A stretch of DNA of 64,000 nucleotides from Armatimonadota bacterium (GTDB lineage Bacteria; Armatimonadota; UBA5829; DTLH01). The number at the start of each line of letters is the position of its first letter. The first letter of the stretch is position 1. Of this stretch, positions 38,851 to 50,100 are shown one piece after another. The notes under the pieces are model-generated. The model saw nothing but the letters and a program-made list of their open reading frames with translations. It did not search any database and had not been told where the DNA came from. The DNA is taken from the NCBI GenBank assembly GCA_039679675.1, contig JBDKUN010000055.1, forward strand, positions 1 through 64,000. The letters run 5' to 3'. Both the position numbers and the translations under genes were made by a program.

Positions 38851-38942
38851 TATGCTTCAAAGCCGCAGTTCGTCCCGCATACTTTTCACTAACTTATTGG
38901 GTTAGTGGAAAGTGAAAAATACGTGCGCCAAAGTATTCAATC
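38851..38942. repeat. Diverged relative (R3) of the 9638/10774 repeat family
   Basis: tatgcttc..ccgcagttcgtcc + hairpin acttttcactaac/gttagtggaaagt + gaaaaatacgtgcgccaaagtattcaa. Confidence 0.55.
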
Positions 38943-39141
38943 GCTAAACTCCAGTCTATTACTTGCTGCGTAATCCGTCGAGTCCAGCTACTTATGCAAG
39001 ACGTTATGCTTATCTGCTACCTTCCTCAACCGTTTGCCTAAATCCTCTCATTGGGACGCATGCTACCTCGAAAATGAGCCGTTTTCACCTCCCTTAGGCA
39101 GCAGAGTCCATTATTTGTGATTCATACCTCTGAGCGGCTTT

Positions 39142-39171
39142 TTGACACTCTAAAAGCCCGAATGTTATACT
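39142..39171 (+). promoter_or_regulatory. Sigma70-type promoter of hom
   Basis: TTGACA-N18-TATACT with TGn. Confidence 0.6.
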
Positions 39172-39230
39172 AATACCTGGGGAAAAATGCCCACATAAGT
39201 CAAGAATTCAAGGAGAGGAGAAATGTTGAG

Positions 39231-40517
39231 TTGAAAGATGCCATCAACGTTGGTGTAATCGGTTTTGGAACAGTCGGAAGCGGGGCTGTGCAGATAATGA
39301 TGCACAACGCTGATGATATCGCTCGCAAGGTAGGCTGTCCTGTAAAGATCAAACGGATCGCAGACCTGGACATTACTACACCTCGTCCGGTTGAAATCGA
39401 TAAAAGCGTCCTTGAAATGGATGCGAACGACATAATCAATGACCCTGAGATAGACATCGTTGTTGAGACTATCGGCGGAATCAAGCCTGCCGGAGAGTTA
39501 ATCCGCCGTGCTTTGGAAGCAGGAAAGAACGTCGTCACAGCGAACAAGGAACTCATCGCAAAGGAAGGCGCAAAGCTCCTGCCGCTTGCAGGTAAGCTCG
39601 GCAAGGACTTAATGTTCGAAGCGAGCGTAGGCGGGGGAATCCCGATCATCCGGCCTATGAAGTCATGCCTCGCGGGGAACGAAATCCTAGAGATCAAAGG
39701 CATTGTAAACGGTACGACGAACTACATTCTTACTCGTATGGCCGCAGAAGGGTTGAACTACGAAGACGTCCTCCCTGATGCTCAGGCTAAAGGTTACGCC
39801 GAAGCCAACCCGACTGCCGATGTAGAAGGCCATGACGCTGCCTACAAGATTTCTATCCTCAGTTCTATCGGCTTTACGAGCCGCGTGGATGTTACCAAAG
39901 TCTACCGCGAAGGTATTACTAAGATTACTGCCGATGATATGAAGTACGCCGACCGGTTCGGCTATGTAATCAAACTCCTTGCCATCGCAAAGCGCGTAAA
40001 CGACTGCATGCAGGTCCGGGTTCATCCGGCATTTCTGCCTAAGATGCACCCGCTTGCGAGCGTAAACGGCGTTTTCAACGGCATCTACCTGAAAGCTGAT
40101 GCAGTGGGCGAAGTAATGTTCTACGGGCCGGGCGCTGGCTCGCTTGCCGCAGGAAGCGCAGTCGTCGGCGATGTCATTGATACTGCGCGAAACGTCAACT
40201 CCGGCTCCACATCACGCATATCATGCACCTGCTTCGATAATCGAAAGCTCCTCGGAATGGACAGCGTGGTCAGCAAGAATTACGTGCGGATTATCGGCGA
40301 AGACAAGCCGAGAATGCTTGCGGCAATTACTACGGTATTTGCTGATCACAACGTAAGCATCGCAAACGCAATTCAGAATGCCCAGGAAAACGGCTGCGGC
40401 GAGACTGTATGGCTCACACATGAGGCCGCTGAACCGAACATGAAGAAGGCACTTGACGCCATCCGCGCTCTGCCAGTCGTAAAAGAAATTGCTGGTTGGA
40501 TTCGGGTCGAAGAGTAA
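39231..40517 (+). CDS. hom: Homoserine dehydrogenase with C-terminal ACT domain
   Basis: GFGTVG, VVTANK, FEASVGGGIP, NGTTNYIL, GYAEANPTADVEG. Confidence 0.96.
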   Translation: MKDAINVGVIGFGTVGSGAVQIMMHNADDIARKVGCPVKIKRIADLDITTPRPVEIDKSVLEMDANDIINDPEIDIVVETIGGIKPAGELIRRALEAGKNVVTANKELIAKEGAKLLPLAGKLGKDLMFEASVGGGIPIIRPMKSCLAGNEILEIKGIVNGTTNYILTRMAAEGLNYEDVLPDAQAKGYAEANPTADVEGHDAAYKISILSSIGFTSRVDVTKVYREGITKITADDMKYADRFGYVIKLLAIAKRVNDCMQVRVHPAFLPKMHPLASVNGVFNGIYLKADAVGEVMFYGPGAGSLAAGSAVVGDVIDTARNVNSGSTSRISCTCFDNRKLLGMDSVVSKNYVRIIGEDKPRMLAAITTVFADHNVSIANAIQNAQENGCGETVWLTHEAAEPNMKKALDAIRALPVVKEIAGWIRVEE

Positions 40518-40603
40518 ATTCATCACTCTTCAAATAATACTACCAGCCTTGCGATGCTTTATCTGAAAGATTGCTGATTTGCGCCTGTTCCAGGAGATAC
40601 AAA

Positions 40604-41884
40604 ATGTCAGAAAACCTTAAATTCGATACCCTTGCGCTGCATGCAGGCCATGAAATAGATGCTACCGGCTCACGCGCAGTGCCTATATACCAGACTACAG
40701 CTTATACATTCAAAAATACCGACCATGCCGCATCGCTCTTTGCTCTTGAGGAGCCGGGGTTCATATACACCAGGCTTCAGAACCCAACGCTGGATGTGCT
40801 CGAAAAGCGTGTTGCTGCGCTTGAGGGTGGGGTCGCGGCGGTCGTGACTGCTTCAGGGCAGGCGGCAGAGATGCTGAGTGTGCTTACCATCGCAAAAGAG
40901 GGCGATGATATTGTCGCGTCGAGCGCTCTCTACGGCGGAAGCTATACACTTTTCAACAACAGCCTTCGAAGACTTGGTATCAACGGGATTTTCGTAAACT
41001 CTTTTGACCCGGAAGACTACAAGAAGGCTATTACGCCGAAGACCAAGCTGATATATGTCGAGTCCATCGCAAATCCTAAGCTGGATGTGCCGGATTTTGC
41101 GGCACTTGCCAAAGTAGCGCATGAGGCAGGGATTCCTTTGATTGTAGATAACACCGTCGCGACGCCGTATCTCTGCCGTCCCATCGAGTGGGGTGCGGAT
41201 ATCGTCATCCATTCGCTCACTAAGTGGATGGGCGGACACGGAAACTCGATGGGCGGAATCGTGGTCGATTCCGGTAAGTTCAACTGGGATAACGGCAAGT
41301 TCAGCGACCTTGTAGACCCTGACCCGAACTACCACGGGATGTCATATACGGGTACTTTCGGCTCTGAGGCGTATGCGGCAAAAGCGAGGCTGGTCGTGCT
41401 GCGCGATTTCGGCCCTGCAATGAGCCCGTTCAACGCATTTCTCATTTTGCAGGGGATCGAGACGCTTTCGCTCCGTATGGAGCGCCACTGCTCGAATGCT
41501 GCTGCCGTTGCTAAATTCCTGCAGGCGAACGACGCCGTGAGCTGGGTGAGTTATCCGGGTCTTGAAGGTCATGCGAGCTATAAAAATGCTAAAAAGTATC
41601 TGACAAAAGGCACCGGAAGCATGATCGGGTTCGGAATCAAGGGCGGATACGAAGCCGGAGTTAAGTTCATCAACGCCGTTAAGCTGTTCTCTCATCTGGC
41701 GAACATCGGGGATTCGCGCTCGCTCGTGATTCATCCCGCCAGCACTACCCATCAGCAGCTCACTGATGAAGAAAAGGTAGCTGCCGGAGCAACGAACGAC
41801 TTTATCCGGCTTTCGATAGGCATTGAGGACATTGACGACATTATCGGTGATATAGACCAGGCGCTCAGAAAGTCGCAGCAGTAG
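40604..41884 (+). CDS. metY: O-acetylhomoserine aminocarboxypropyltransferase (sulfhydrylase)
   Basis: [23 protein letters not shown] (PLP Lys), [31 protein letters not shown] before ATG 40604. Confidence 0.95.
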   Translation: MSENLKFDTLALHAGHEIDATGSRAVPIYQTTAYTFKNTDHAASLFALEEPGFIYTRLQNPTLDVLEKRVAALEGGVAAVVTASGQAAEMLSVLTIAKEGDDIVASSALYGGSYTLFNNSLRRLGINGIFVNSFDPEDYKKAITPKTKLIYVESIANPKLDVPDFAALAKVAHEAGIPLIVDNTVATPYLCRPIEWGADIVIHSLTKWMGGHGNSMGGIVVDSGKFNWDNGKFSDLVDPDPNYHGMSYTGTFGSEAYAAKARLVVLRDFGPAMSPFNAFLILQGIETLSLRMERHCSNAAAVAKFLQANDAVSWVSYPGLEGHASYKNAKKYLTKGTGSMIGFGIKGGYEAGVKFINAVKLFSHLANIGDSRSLVIHPASTTHQQLTDEEKVAAGATNDFIRLSIGIEDIDDIIGDIDQALRKSQQ

Positions 41885-41968
41885 AGCAGGGAAGACTTAC
41901 GTAAGGGAAACATAAAGATACTGTCCGCCGTAGGCGGACGCTTCGGCAGCAAGCGGACCGAAGCAAAT

Positions 41969-42052
41969 GTCATTCCGAGCTACCATAACGTCATTCCGAG
42001 TTTGACTCGGAATCCAGGAAAAACTGGACCCTGAATCAAGTTCAGGGTGACG
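41969..42052. repeat. GTCATTCCG..GGGTGAC REP/RPE-like element, with a partial tandem copy
   Basis: gtcattccgag twice; ttccgagt/actcggaa and ccctgaa/ttcaggg hairpins; related to 63585-63620. Confidence 0.65.
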
Positions 42053-42112
42053 TGCTGATTGTTCAGAATAGCGTCTTTCTTAAGTGTGAACCCGTAAAAC
42101 CTAATAAATAAG

Positions 42113-43273
42113 ATGACTAAACACGAACCAGGATCAGTCGGAATAGTAGAAACGAAGCTCTTTACGTTCGGCGCACCGCCGGATGAGCTTGAGCTCGAGT
42201 GCGGGCGCAAACTTGGGCCTATCGACATCGTCTACGAGATGTACGGCGAAATGAACGGGGACAAAAGCAACTGCATTCTGGTTACGCACGCGCTCTCAGG
42301 TGATGCGCATGCCGCCGGACGCCACTTGCCGGACGACCCTAAACCCGGCTGGTGGGATAGCATGATCGGGCCGGGAAAAGCGTTCGACACGAACAAATAC
42401 TGCGTAATATGCACGAATGTAATCGGCGGATGCAGCAGGAGCACAGGGCCTGCATCGATCAACCCGAAAACCGGGAAGCCATATGGCCTCGACTTTCCGA
42501 TGGTCACTATTTCCGACATGGTGAACGCCCAGAAGCGCCTGATCGACTCGCTCGGAATCAAACAGCTCGCGTGCGTGGCAGGCGGGAGCATGGGTGGCAT
42601 GCAGGCGCTCCAGTGGGCAGTTTCCTACCCTGATATGATGCGGCTTATCATACCGATTGCGAGCACGGCGAGGCTCTCAGCACAACAGATAGGCTTCGAT
42701 GCAATCGGGCGGCACGCTATCATGGCCGACCCGGACTGGATGGACGGCAACTATTACGGCGGCCCGGAGCCTGACCGCGGCCTTGCAATCGCGCGCATGA
42801 TAGGTCACATTCAGTATATGTCCGAGCAGTCGATGCACCAGAAATACGGACGCGGCCTTCAGGACAAGGACAAACCGGACTACGATTTCGTGACAGAGTT
42901 TCAGGTGGAGAGCTATCTCGATTATAAGGGCGGCGAGTTCGTGAAACGCTTCGATGCGAACTCTTACCTCTATATAACTAAGGCGACGGACTACTTCGAC
43001 CTCGCGCAGCCGAGCGGAGACCTTCGCCGGGAGCTTTCTAGGGTTAAGGCGGCAGTTTTGGTGGTGTCGTTCTCATCGGACTGGCTCTTTCCTTCATATA
43101 TGTCGAAGGAACTGGTCTCCGCACTCCGCAAGAACAACGTTGATGTGAGCTATGCAGAAGTTCAGTCCGATTATGGCCACGATGCGTTTCTTTTGGAAGC
43201 GGATACACTCGGCAAACTTGTCGCCAACTTCCTTGAGTATGCTGACCCCAAGCGGAGGCCGATAGATGGCTGA
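42113..43273 (+). CDS. metX: Homoserine O-acetyltransferase
   Basis: HALSGDAH, GGSMGGMQ nucleophile motif, RFDANSY, YGHDAFL. Confidence 0.96.
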   Translation: MTKHEPGSVGIVETKLFTFGAPPDELELECGRKLGPIDIVYEMYGEMNGDKSNCILVTHALSGDAHAAGRHLPDDPKPGWWDSMIGPGKAFDTNKYCVICTNVIGGCSRSTGPASINPKTGKPYGLDFPMVTISDMVNAQKRLIDSLGIKQLACVAGGSMGGMQALQWAVSYPDMMRLIIPIASTARLSAQQIGFDAIGRHAIMADPDWMDGNYYGGPEPDRGLAIARMIGHIQYMSEQSMHQKYGRGLQDKDKPDYDFVTEFQVESYLDYKGGEFVKRFDANSYLYITKATDYFDLAQPSGDLRRELSRVKAAVLVVSFSSDWLFPSYMSKELVSALRKNNVDVSYAEVQSDYGHDAFLLEADTLGKLVANFLEYADPKRRPIDG

Positions 43274-43895
43274 TAGTGAACTCAATATTCTCAATGACAG
43301 GCCGGACCTTCGGCCTATTATCGATCTCGTCGAGCCGGAGAGCAGGGTGCTCGACCTGGGGTGCGGTGAAGGGCATCTGATGAACGCTCTCCAGAAGCTG
43401 AAGCGTGTCCGCGCACAGGGAATAGACCTTTCGGATGCCGCAATCCAATCCTGCGTTGAGAAGGGGCTATTTGTATATCAGGGAGATATTGAGGAAGGAC
43501 TTGCAGACTTCAACGACGGCAGCGTCGATTATGTAATCCTCACGGATACCATTCAAGTCTTGCGCAGACCGGCATTTCTGCTCAAGGAAGCGGCGCGTGT
43601 CGGCAAAAAGGTCATCGTTTCGGTCCCGAACTTCGGCTACTGGCGGGTCAGACTGCAATTGATGTTTCTTGGGAAGATGCCGCGCACTCGTGACCTGCCG
43701 TACGAATGGTATGATTCGCCGAATATCCACTTGACGACAATACAGAGCTTCCGCGAATTTTGTTCTAGGAACGGTCTCAGGATTATAAGAGAGGCCGACC
43801 TCGTACTGGGCGGCCCGAATCCCCGGAAAACAGCAGCACACCCGAATTTTTTTGCAAACTATGCCATCTTTATAGTTGAAAACGACTCGAAATAA
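43266..43895 (+). CDS. metW: Methionine biosynthesis protein MetW
   Basis: VLDLGCGEG, VPNFGYWRVR, LPYEWYDSPNIHLTTI; follows metX. Confidence 0.93.
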   Translation: MADSELNILNDRPDLRPIIDLVEPESRVLDLGCGEGHLMNALQKLKRVRAQGIDLSDAAIQSCVEKGLFVYQGDIEEGLADFNDGSVDYVILTDTIQVLRRPAFLLKEAARVGKKVIVSVPNFGYWRVRLQLMFLGKMPRTRDLPYEWYDSPNIHLTTIQSFREFCSRNGLRIIREADLVLGGPNPRKTAAHPNFFANYAIFIVENDSK

Positions 43896-43956
43896 CGTAG
43901 AATGATTGGGCCGGGCATAAAGTTCGGCTAAACTGGCGTAAGTCGAGGACATTCAG

Positions 43957-45036
43957 TTGGCAATAGACTTCAATCAAAAGCGTTGGGAGCGCATAAAGAC
44001 TGATAGCCATGCCTGGTGGCGGGGAGAGTTGGGCCGTCCGTTGGTCCAGTTTACGGCAGGCGGGAGAGACCCCGGCCGTCCCGAACCGGCGGTTCCGAAC
44101 TATTATTTCACGGCTTTTTATGACTTCAGTGTGAGTGCTGAAGATATTATCGACCGCTGGGATTACGACTTTTCCCGCACATATTATCTTGGTGATGCCT
44201 TCCCGTGGCTGTTTCCGAACTTTGGGCCTGGTGTTGTCGCTGCGTTTTTAGGCGCGGAGCTTCATACAAGCATCGAAGGCGGCACTGTATGGTTCCATCC
44301 GAAAGAGGAATTGGACATCCGTGACCTGCACTTCAGCTACGACCCCGATAATATCTGGCTAAATAGGGTCAAAGACATCTGCCGGGCTGCTGCAGACCGC
44401 TGGCAGGGGATGGTCCAAATCTCAATGACGGACCTCGGAGGTGCTCTTGATCTTCTTTCCATATTCAGACCGAGTGAAAAGCTGCTCTTTGATCTTTACG
44501 ATTATCCAGAGGACGTAAAGCGGCTCACATGGGAAATCCACGAACTCTGGTGGCGGTATTTTGAGGAGATCAACGAGGTCCTTCAACCGTCGAACCCCGG
44601 CTATACGGCCTGGGCGCCGGTTTTCTCGGAGACACCGACTTATATGCTCCAGTGTGATTTCGCTTATATGATCAGTCCTGCAATGTTCGATGAGTTCGCC
44701 ATGCCGGAGCTTGCAGCCAGCAGCAGGAAGCTCTCGAACGCTTTTTACCATCTGGATGGGCCGGGGGAACTGCCTCATTTGGATTCTTTATGCTCTATTC
44801 CTGAGCTTAAAGGGATTCAATGGGGCCCAGGCGCCGGTGCGCCGGACTGCAGCCACTGGCCGGAGGTCTACCGGAAGATCCGTGACGCAGGAAAGCTGGC
44901 TCTGATATTCGGTGGGCCGGATGAGCTGGACGCGATAGCCGATCAGCTCGGAAACGCTGAAGGACTAATTCTGGTAGGCTGTTGTGAAGACCGCGACAGA
45001 ATTAAAGCCTGTCTGAAACGATATAATGCTGAGTGA
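43957..45036 (+). CDS. Uroporphyrinogen decarboxylase-like / MtaA-CmuA-like TIM-barrel protein
   Basis: LQCDFAYMISPAMFDEF, YHLDG, IQWGPGAG. Confidence 0.7.
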   Translation: MAIDFNQKRWERIKTDSHAWWRGELGRPLVQFTAGGRDPGRPEPAVPNYYFTAFYDFSVSAEDIIDRWDYDFSRTYYLGDAFPWLFPNFGPGVVAAFLGAELHTSIEGGTVWFHPKEELDIRDLHFSYDPDNIWLNRVKDICRAAADRWQGMVQISMTDLGGALDLLSIFRPSEKLLFDLYDYPEDVKRLTWEIHELWWRYFEEINEVLQPSNPGYTAWAPVFSETPTYMLQCDFAYMISPAMFDEFAMPELAASSRKLSNAFYHLDGPGELPHLDSLCSIPELKGIQWGPGAGAPDCSHWPEVYRKIRDAGKLALIFGGPDELDAIADQLGNAEGLILVGCCEDRDRIKACLKRYNAE

Positions 45037-45078
45037 AACTCGGAAAAATAGGATGATATGGCTATGAAAATTGGTCCC

Positions 45079-45172
45079 TATGCTTCGGGATTCTTTTCTT
45101 CCCGAAGCACACTTTCCTCCAATTCGGAAAGTTGGCTTCAGCGGAAACTACGCGCGCCGAAGTATTCAAATC
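45079..45172. repeat. Diverged relative (R4) of the repeat family
   Basis: tatgcttcggga start (as R1); actttcc/ggaaagt hairpin and gaaactacgcgcgccgaagtattcaa end (as R3). Confidence 0.5.
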
Positions 45173-45291
45173 ATCAATTCTGAACTCATCATTTCTCATA
45201 CCTAAGCATGTGACCTCATCTGTAATGATATAATGAGATACGAATATACATAAATCATTAAGCTGATGATCAATTAAGATGAGGTGGCAGG

Positions 45292-46602
45292 ATGAACGAG
45301 TTGGCAGACAGGATCGGAGCGCGTTTTGAGCGGATGTCTCAGGACGAGCTTGCCGGTTTCCAGTCCAAGGCGCTTACGCGCACTGTAGCACAGGCAGCAA
45401 AATCCCCTTATTATTCCGCAAAGTTCAAAGAAATGGGGATTGAACCGACCGATATCCGGTCGAGAGAAGATGTAAGTAAACTGCCGTTTACTACCAAGAA
45501 CGACTTGAGACTGAGCTATCCGGCCAAAATGCTCACCGTTGATCCGAAAGACGTGATCCGAATGCACACGTCGAGCGGGACCACAGGCAAACCTGTGGCG
45601 ATATTCTACACCAGAGAAGACATCGACTGCTGGGCAGAGTTCATGTCCAGATCTCTCGCAATGGCCGGAGCAACCGAGAAGGATGTTTTCCAGAATATGA
45701 CCGGTTACGGCCTTTTTACCGGAGGTTTGGGGCTCCATTTCGGCGCGGAACGGCTTGGAATGTGGGTGATACCGGCAGGCGGAGGCAATACGGCACGGCA
45801 GATAATGCTCATACGTGATTTTCACGTCACCGTTATCCATGCGACTCCGAGCTATGCGATGCATGTGGCCGAGCGGATGCTCCAGGAAGGAGACGATCCG
45901 AAATCACTCGGAATCAGGATAGCTGTCCTCGGCGCAGAGCCTTATACCGAAGAGATGAGGCTCAAACTTCAGGATTTGTACGGCTTTAAGGCCTTCAACA
46001 GCTATGGACTGACTGAAATGAATGGCCCAGGTGTTGCATTCGAGTGCTCGTATCAGAATGGAATGCATATCTGGGAGGACGGTTATCTCGCGGAGATAGT
46101 GAACCCTGAAACCCTTCAGCCCGTTAAAGACGGTGAAGTCGGTGAATTGGTTTTAACCACACTCCGGCGCACTGCCATGCCGCTTATCCGTTATAGAACG
46201 AGAGACCTCACTCGTGTGATAAAGGGAAGTTGCGCATGCGGCCGCAGCCACATGAGACTGTCCCGGATGATCGGCCGGTCTGACGATATGCTGATCATAA
46301 GAGGCGTAAATGTCTTTCCGAGCCAGATCGAGGAAGTCATCATGCGTCACAAATGGCTGGGAGGGAACTATATAATCCAACTTACCACGGCTAAGGCTCT
46401 CGATCAGATGACTGTCAAGGTCGAACTTGCCAAAGATATTTTCGATGGTTCGATGGAGGCACTTAAGAAATTCCGAGCAGAACTTCAGCGCCAGTTGAAA
46501 GAACAGGTTGGGTTCACTGTGAACGTGGAAATGGCTGAACCCGGCAGCTTGCCGGTCAGCGAAGGTAAAGCCAAGAGAGTTATCGACGAGAGGGAGGGTT
46601 GA
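45292..46602 (+). CDS. Phenylacetate--CoA ligase family (PaaK-like)
   Basis: HTSSGTTGKP, YGLFTGGLG, YGLTEM, RYRTRD, GRSDDMLIIRGVNVFPSQIE. Confidence 0.92.
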   Translation: MNELADRIGARFERMSQDELAGFQSKALTRTVAQAAKSPYYSAKFKEMGIEPTDIRSREDVSKLPFTTKNDLRLSYPAKMLTVDPKDVIRMHTSSGTTGKPVAIFYTREDIDCWAEFMSRSLAMAGATEKDVFQNMTGYGLFTGGLGLHFGAERLGMWVIPAGGGNTARQIMLIRDFHVTVIHATPSYAMHVAERMLQEGDDPKSLGIRIAVLGAEPYTEEMRLKLQDLYGFKAFNSYGLTEMNGPGVAFECSYQNGMHIWEDGYLAEIVNPETLQPVKDGEVGELVLTTLRRTAMPLIRYRTRDLTRVIKGSCACGRSHMRLSRMIGRSDDMLIIRGVNVFPSQIEEVIMRHKWLGGNYIIQLTTAKALDQMTVKVELAKDIFDGSMEALKKFRAELQRQLKEQVGFTVNVEMAEPGSLPVSEGKAKRVIDEREG

Positions 46603-47024
46603 TGACGATGTATAACGAGGTCAGCATATTCGTAGAAAACAGACCGGGGCAGCTTTCAAAGATATCGGAACTTTTGGGTAATGCCGGAATCGACATCCTC
46701 GCGATAGATGTCGCCGATGAAGGTCAGTTCGGGATAATCAAAATTCTCACTGCAGAACCGGACAAGGCAAAAGATGTCCTCTCTGCCGCTAACATGGCGG
46801 TTGCCTTCAATAAAGTCGCCTGCATAGACCTTGAAGACAGGCCCGGCGGCCTGGTGAAGCTCACAAAAGCCCTTGAAAGCGCTAAGCTCAATATCACAGA
46901 CGCCTATGGCTGTATACTCGAACGCGGGAAACGCGCCGTATTTGTGGTCAAGGGAGATAACCTTGATGCAATCGAAGCTGCAGCAGCAAAGGCAGGGCTG
47001 AGGGTGCTAGAAGGACTGGAATAG
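46599..47024 (+). CDS. Tandem ACT-domain protein
   Basis: SIFVENRPGQL..EDRPGGL; typical partner of paaK. Confidence 0.88.
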   Translation: MMTMYNEVSIFVENRPGQLSKISELLGNAGIDILAIDVADEGQFGIIKILTAEPDKAKDVLSAANMAVAFNKVACIDLEDRPGGLVKLTKALESAKLNITDAYGCILERGKRAVFVVKGDNLDAIEAAAAKAGLRVLEGLE

Positions 47025-47155
47025 GGGACTATACCTCAGCCCTTTTCTCCCTTTTTCTCTTTCGTGTTTTTTCGTTTTCGGTAGCTCGACTACTTTCCGG
47101 CTGTATGTTAATATGAAACAGAATTATATAAAGAGGAAACTGCCGAAAAGGAGAT

Positions 47156-50100
47156 TTGTTAGTAATGCCGTATGATATCAGATCTCAACAGCAGGCCATC
47201 AGAGGAATGATGCGCGCGGTAGAAGCTGCGGTATACAAACCACTGACGGGTCTGACTGTTGAGGCATGGGCGACCAAGGAGCCTGTGTCCTACGCGGACC
47301 GGCAAACCGGCCGTCATCTGTCGCTTAAGCCCGGTGACAAGTGGGGTGATCTGTTCGACTGCGCATGGTTCCATTTCACAGGGACCGTGCCGGAAGAATG
47401 CGCCGGTCAGCAGGTTGTTTTGTTGATCGATGTTAACGGAGAAGCCTGTGTAGTCGACTCCGCCGGAAACCCTGTCCAGGGGCTGACCAATGTCAACTCC
47501 GTATTCGATACGTCTCTCGGGAAACCCGGAAAACGGGTCGTTCTGTTTGCAGCCCCGGCAAAGGGAGGCGAGAAGGTCTCCATCTGGGCTGATGCCGGAT
47601 GCAACGATCTTTTGGGTGAAATACATGAGAACGGGACGCTGAAGGAAGCCCTGATTGCGATCAAATACCCGACGATGAGCCAGTTGTTCTACGATATAGA
47701 GGTCCTGAATGAGCTTCTCGGACAGCTTCCGCAGGACTCTGCGCGGGCGTGCTCGATCAGGACAGCTCTCTACGATGCCTCGCACATTATGCGGGACTAT
47801 ACGGAAGACGAAGCGAAGGAAGCCCGCGCTATATTAGCTCCTGAACTTGCGAAAAAGGGCGGCGACAGCTCGCTTACCATAAGCGCAATTGGACATGCTC
47901 ATATAGACCTGGCTTGGCTGTGGCCGATCCGTGAGACTATCCGAAAAGGAGCCCGGACTTTTTCTACTACACTTTCCTTTATGGACCGCTACCCGGACTA
48001 TGTGTTCGGTGCAAGCCAGCCGCAGCTTTACCAGTGGATGAAGGACAACTATCCTTCAGTTTATGAACAAATAAAGGCCAAGGTAGCCGAAGGCCGCTGG
48101 GAAGTCCAGGGAGCTATGTGGGTCGAGGCCGATACGAACGTGCCGAGTGGTGAATCGCTTGTGCGCCAGCTTCTGTACGGCAAGCGGTTCTTCCGCAAGG
48201 AGTTCGGAATAGATGTAAAGAGCCTCTGGCTGCCGGATGTTTTCGGCTACAGCGGCGCGCTTCCGCAGCTTCTCAAGCAGGCCGATGTGGACTATTTCAT
48301 GACTCAGAAACTCTCGTGGAATGTGGTCAACCGGCATCCGCATCACACTTTCCGATGGAGGGGCATCGACGGAAGCGAAGTCCTTGCTCACATGATTCCG
48401 GAAGAGACTTATAACAGCCCTGCGGCTCCGAGATCGCTTGTGAAGTCGGAGAAGAACTTCTCTGACAAGGGCACGTCGGATGCGTGTCTCATGCTCTTCG
48501 GCATCGGTGACGGCGGCGGCGGGCCAGGTGAGGAACACCTGGAGCGCTTGGCACGTGAAAAAGACCTTGCAGGGCTTCCGCCTCTCAAACAGGAGTTTTC
48601 AGCCGATTTCTTCGAGAAGATAGCTCCGAAAACGTCAAGCTACCCGGTGTGGTCCGGTGAGCTCTATCTTGAGAAGCACCAGGGGACGTACACATCCCAG
48701 GGGCGTAACAAGCGCTGGAACAGAAGGATGGAGCTTGCCCTCCGAGACTGCGAGTGGCTGAACACATGGGCTCATCAGTCTGTCGATGCCAAGTATCCGG
48801 CTGCCGATCTGGAAAAACTTTGGAAAGAGACGCTTCTTTACCAGTTTCACGACATCCTACCGGGTTCGTCGATCACCCGCGTCTATGAAGAGTCGAGAGC
48901 CCGGTATAAAGAGATGTTCAAGCAGACGGAATCTCTCGTAAAGAACGCTGGAGAATCGCTCTTGGCGAAGATCGACACCTCGGCTATGAAGCAGCCCGCG
49001 GTTGTTTTGAACGCGCTCTCCTGGGAGAGAGACGGGTTTGTCCAGGTCGATAAAAAGTGGGCTTATGTGCATGTCCCGTCGTTTGGCTACACGGCAATAG
49101 ATACCGCGAAGCTGGACACCGATTACAAGCCAGTAACAGCAGCGTCTGAAAAGCTTGAAAACGACAAGCTATGCGTTAAGTTCAACGCTGACGGGTCTAT
49201 TTCGTCCGTTTGGGACAAAGAGCTCAATCGTGAAGCTCTTGCCGCCGGTGAAGTGGCCAACAAGCTGGCCGTTTACGAAGATAACGGTGACGGTTGGGAC
49301 TTCCCGCTGGATTACGACAAGAAGGCTCCTGCATACTTCAAGCTGGAGTCGTCGAAGGCTGCGGTCGATGGGCCGAAGGCAACTGTGGAACAGGTATATA
49401 AGTTCAACGATTCCACATTTACCCAGGAAATCAGCCTTGTCGCAGGGAGCCGCCGCATAGACTTTACGACCAATGTCGATTGGCGCGAGACGCACAAAAT
49501 GCTCCGCACGTCGTTCCCGGTCGCAGTCAAAAGCGACTATGCCACCTGCGAGGTCCAGTTCGGTAACATCAAGCGGCCGACACACAGAAACACTTCCTGG
49601 GACCAGGCCAAGGTCGAGGTATGCGCTCAGAAATGGGTAGACATCTCGGACAGAGGCTACGGCGTGGCTGTATTGAACACCGGCAAGTACGGATACAAGA
49701 CACTTGGCAATACGATAGACATAAATCTCCTGAGAAGTGCCACGTATCCCGACCCTGTGACGGACAAAGGGCAGCATGAGTTCACTTATTCGCTCTTCCC
49801 GCACACCGGCGACCACGTGGAAGGATGCGTTGTCAAAGAAGCATATGAGCTGAACGTGCCTATGAGGTTGAGCAGCGTCGATTCTCATCCCGGAACACTC
49901 CCAGAGATGGCTTCCTTCTGCAGCGTAGACTCGCCACACATCATAGTGGAAACTATAAAGAAGGCTGAAGACAGCGATGCCGTGATTGTGAGACTTTATG
50001 AGGCTCATGGGGCGTCTGGCTCGGCGAAGGTCACTATGGGCTTCCCGGTCAAGTCTGCCTCGAAGGTCAACCTGTTGGAAGAATCGCCTGAGAAGGTCAA

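Noticed and set aside
40518..40603. SAM riboswitch upstream of metY (GCTGATTT is reminiscent of SAM-II)
   Set aside because: The remaining SAM-I/II/III conserved blocks are absent or out of order.
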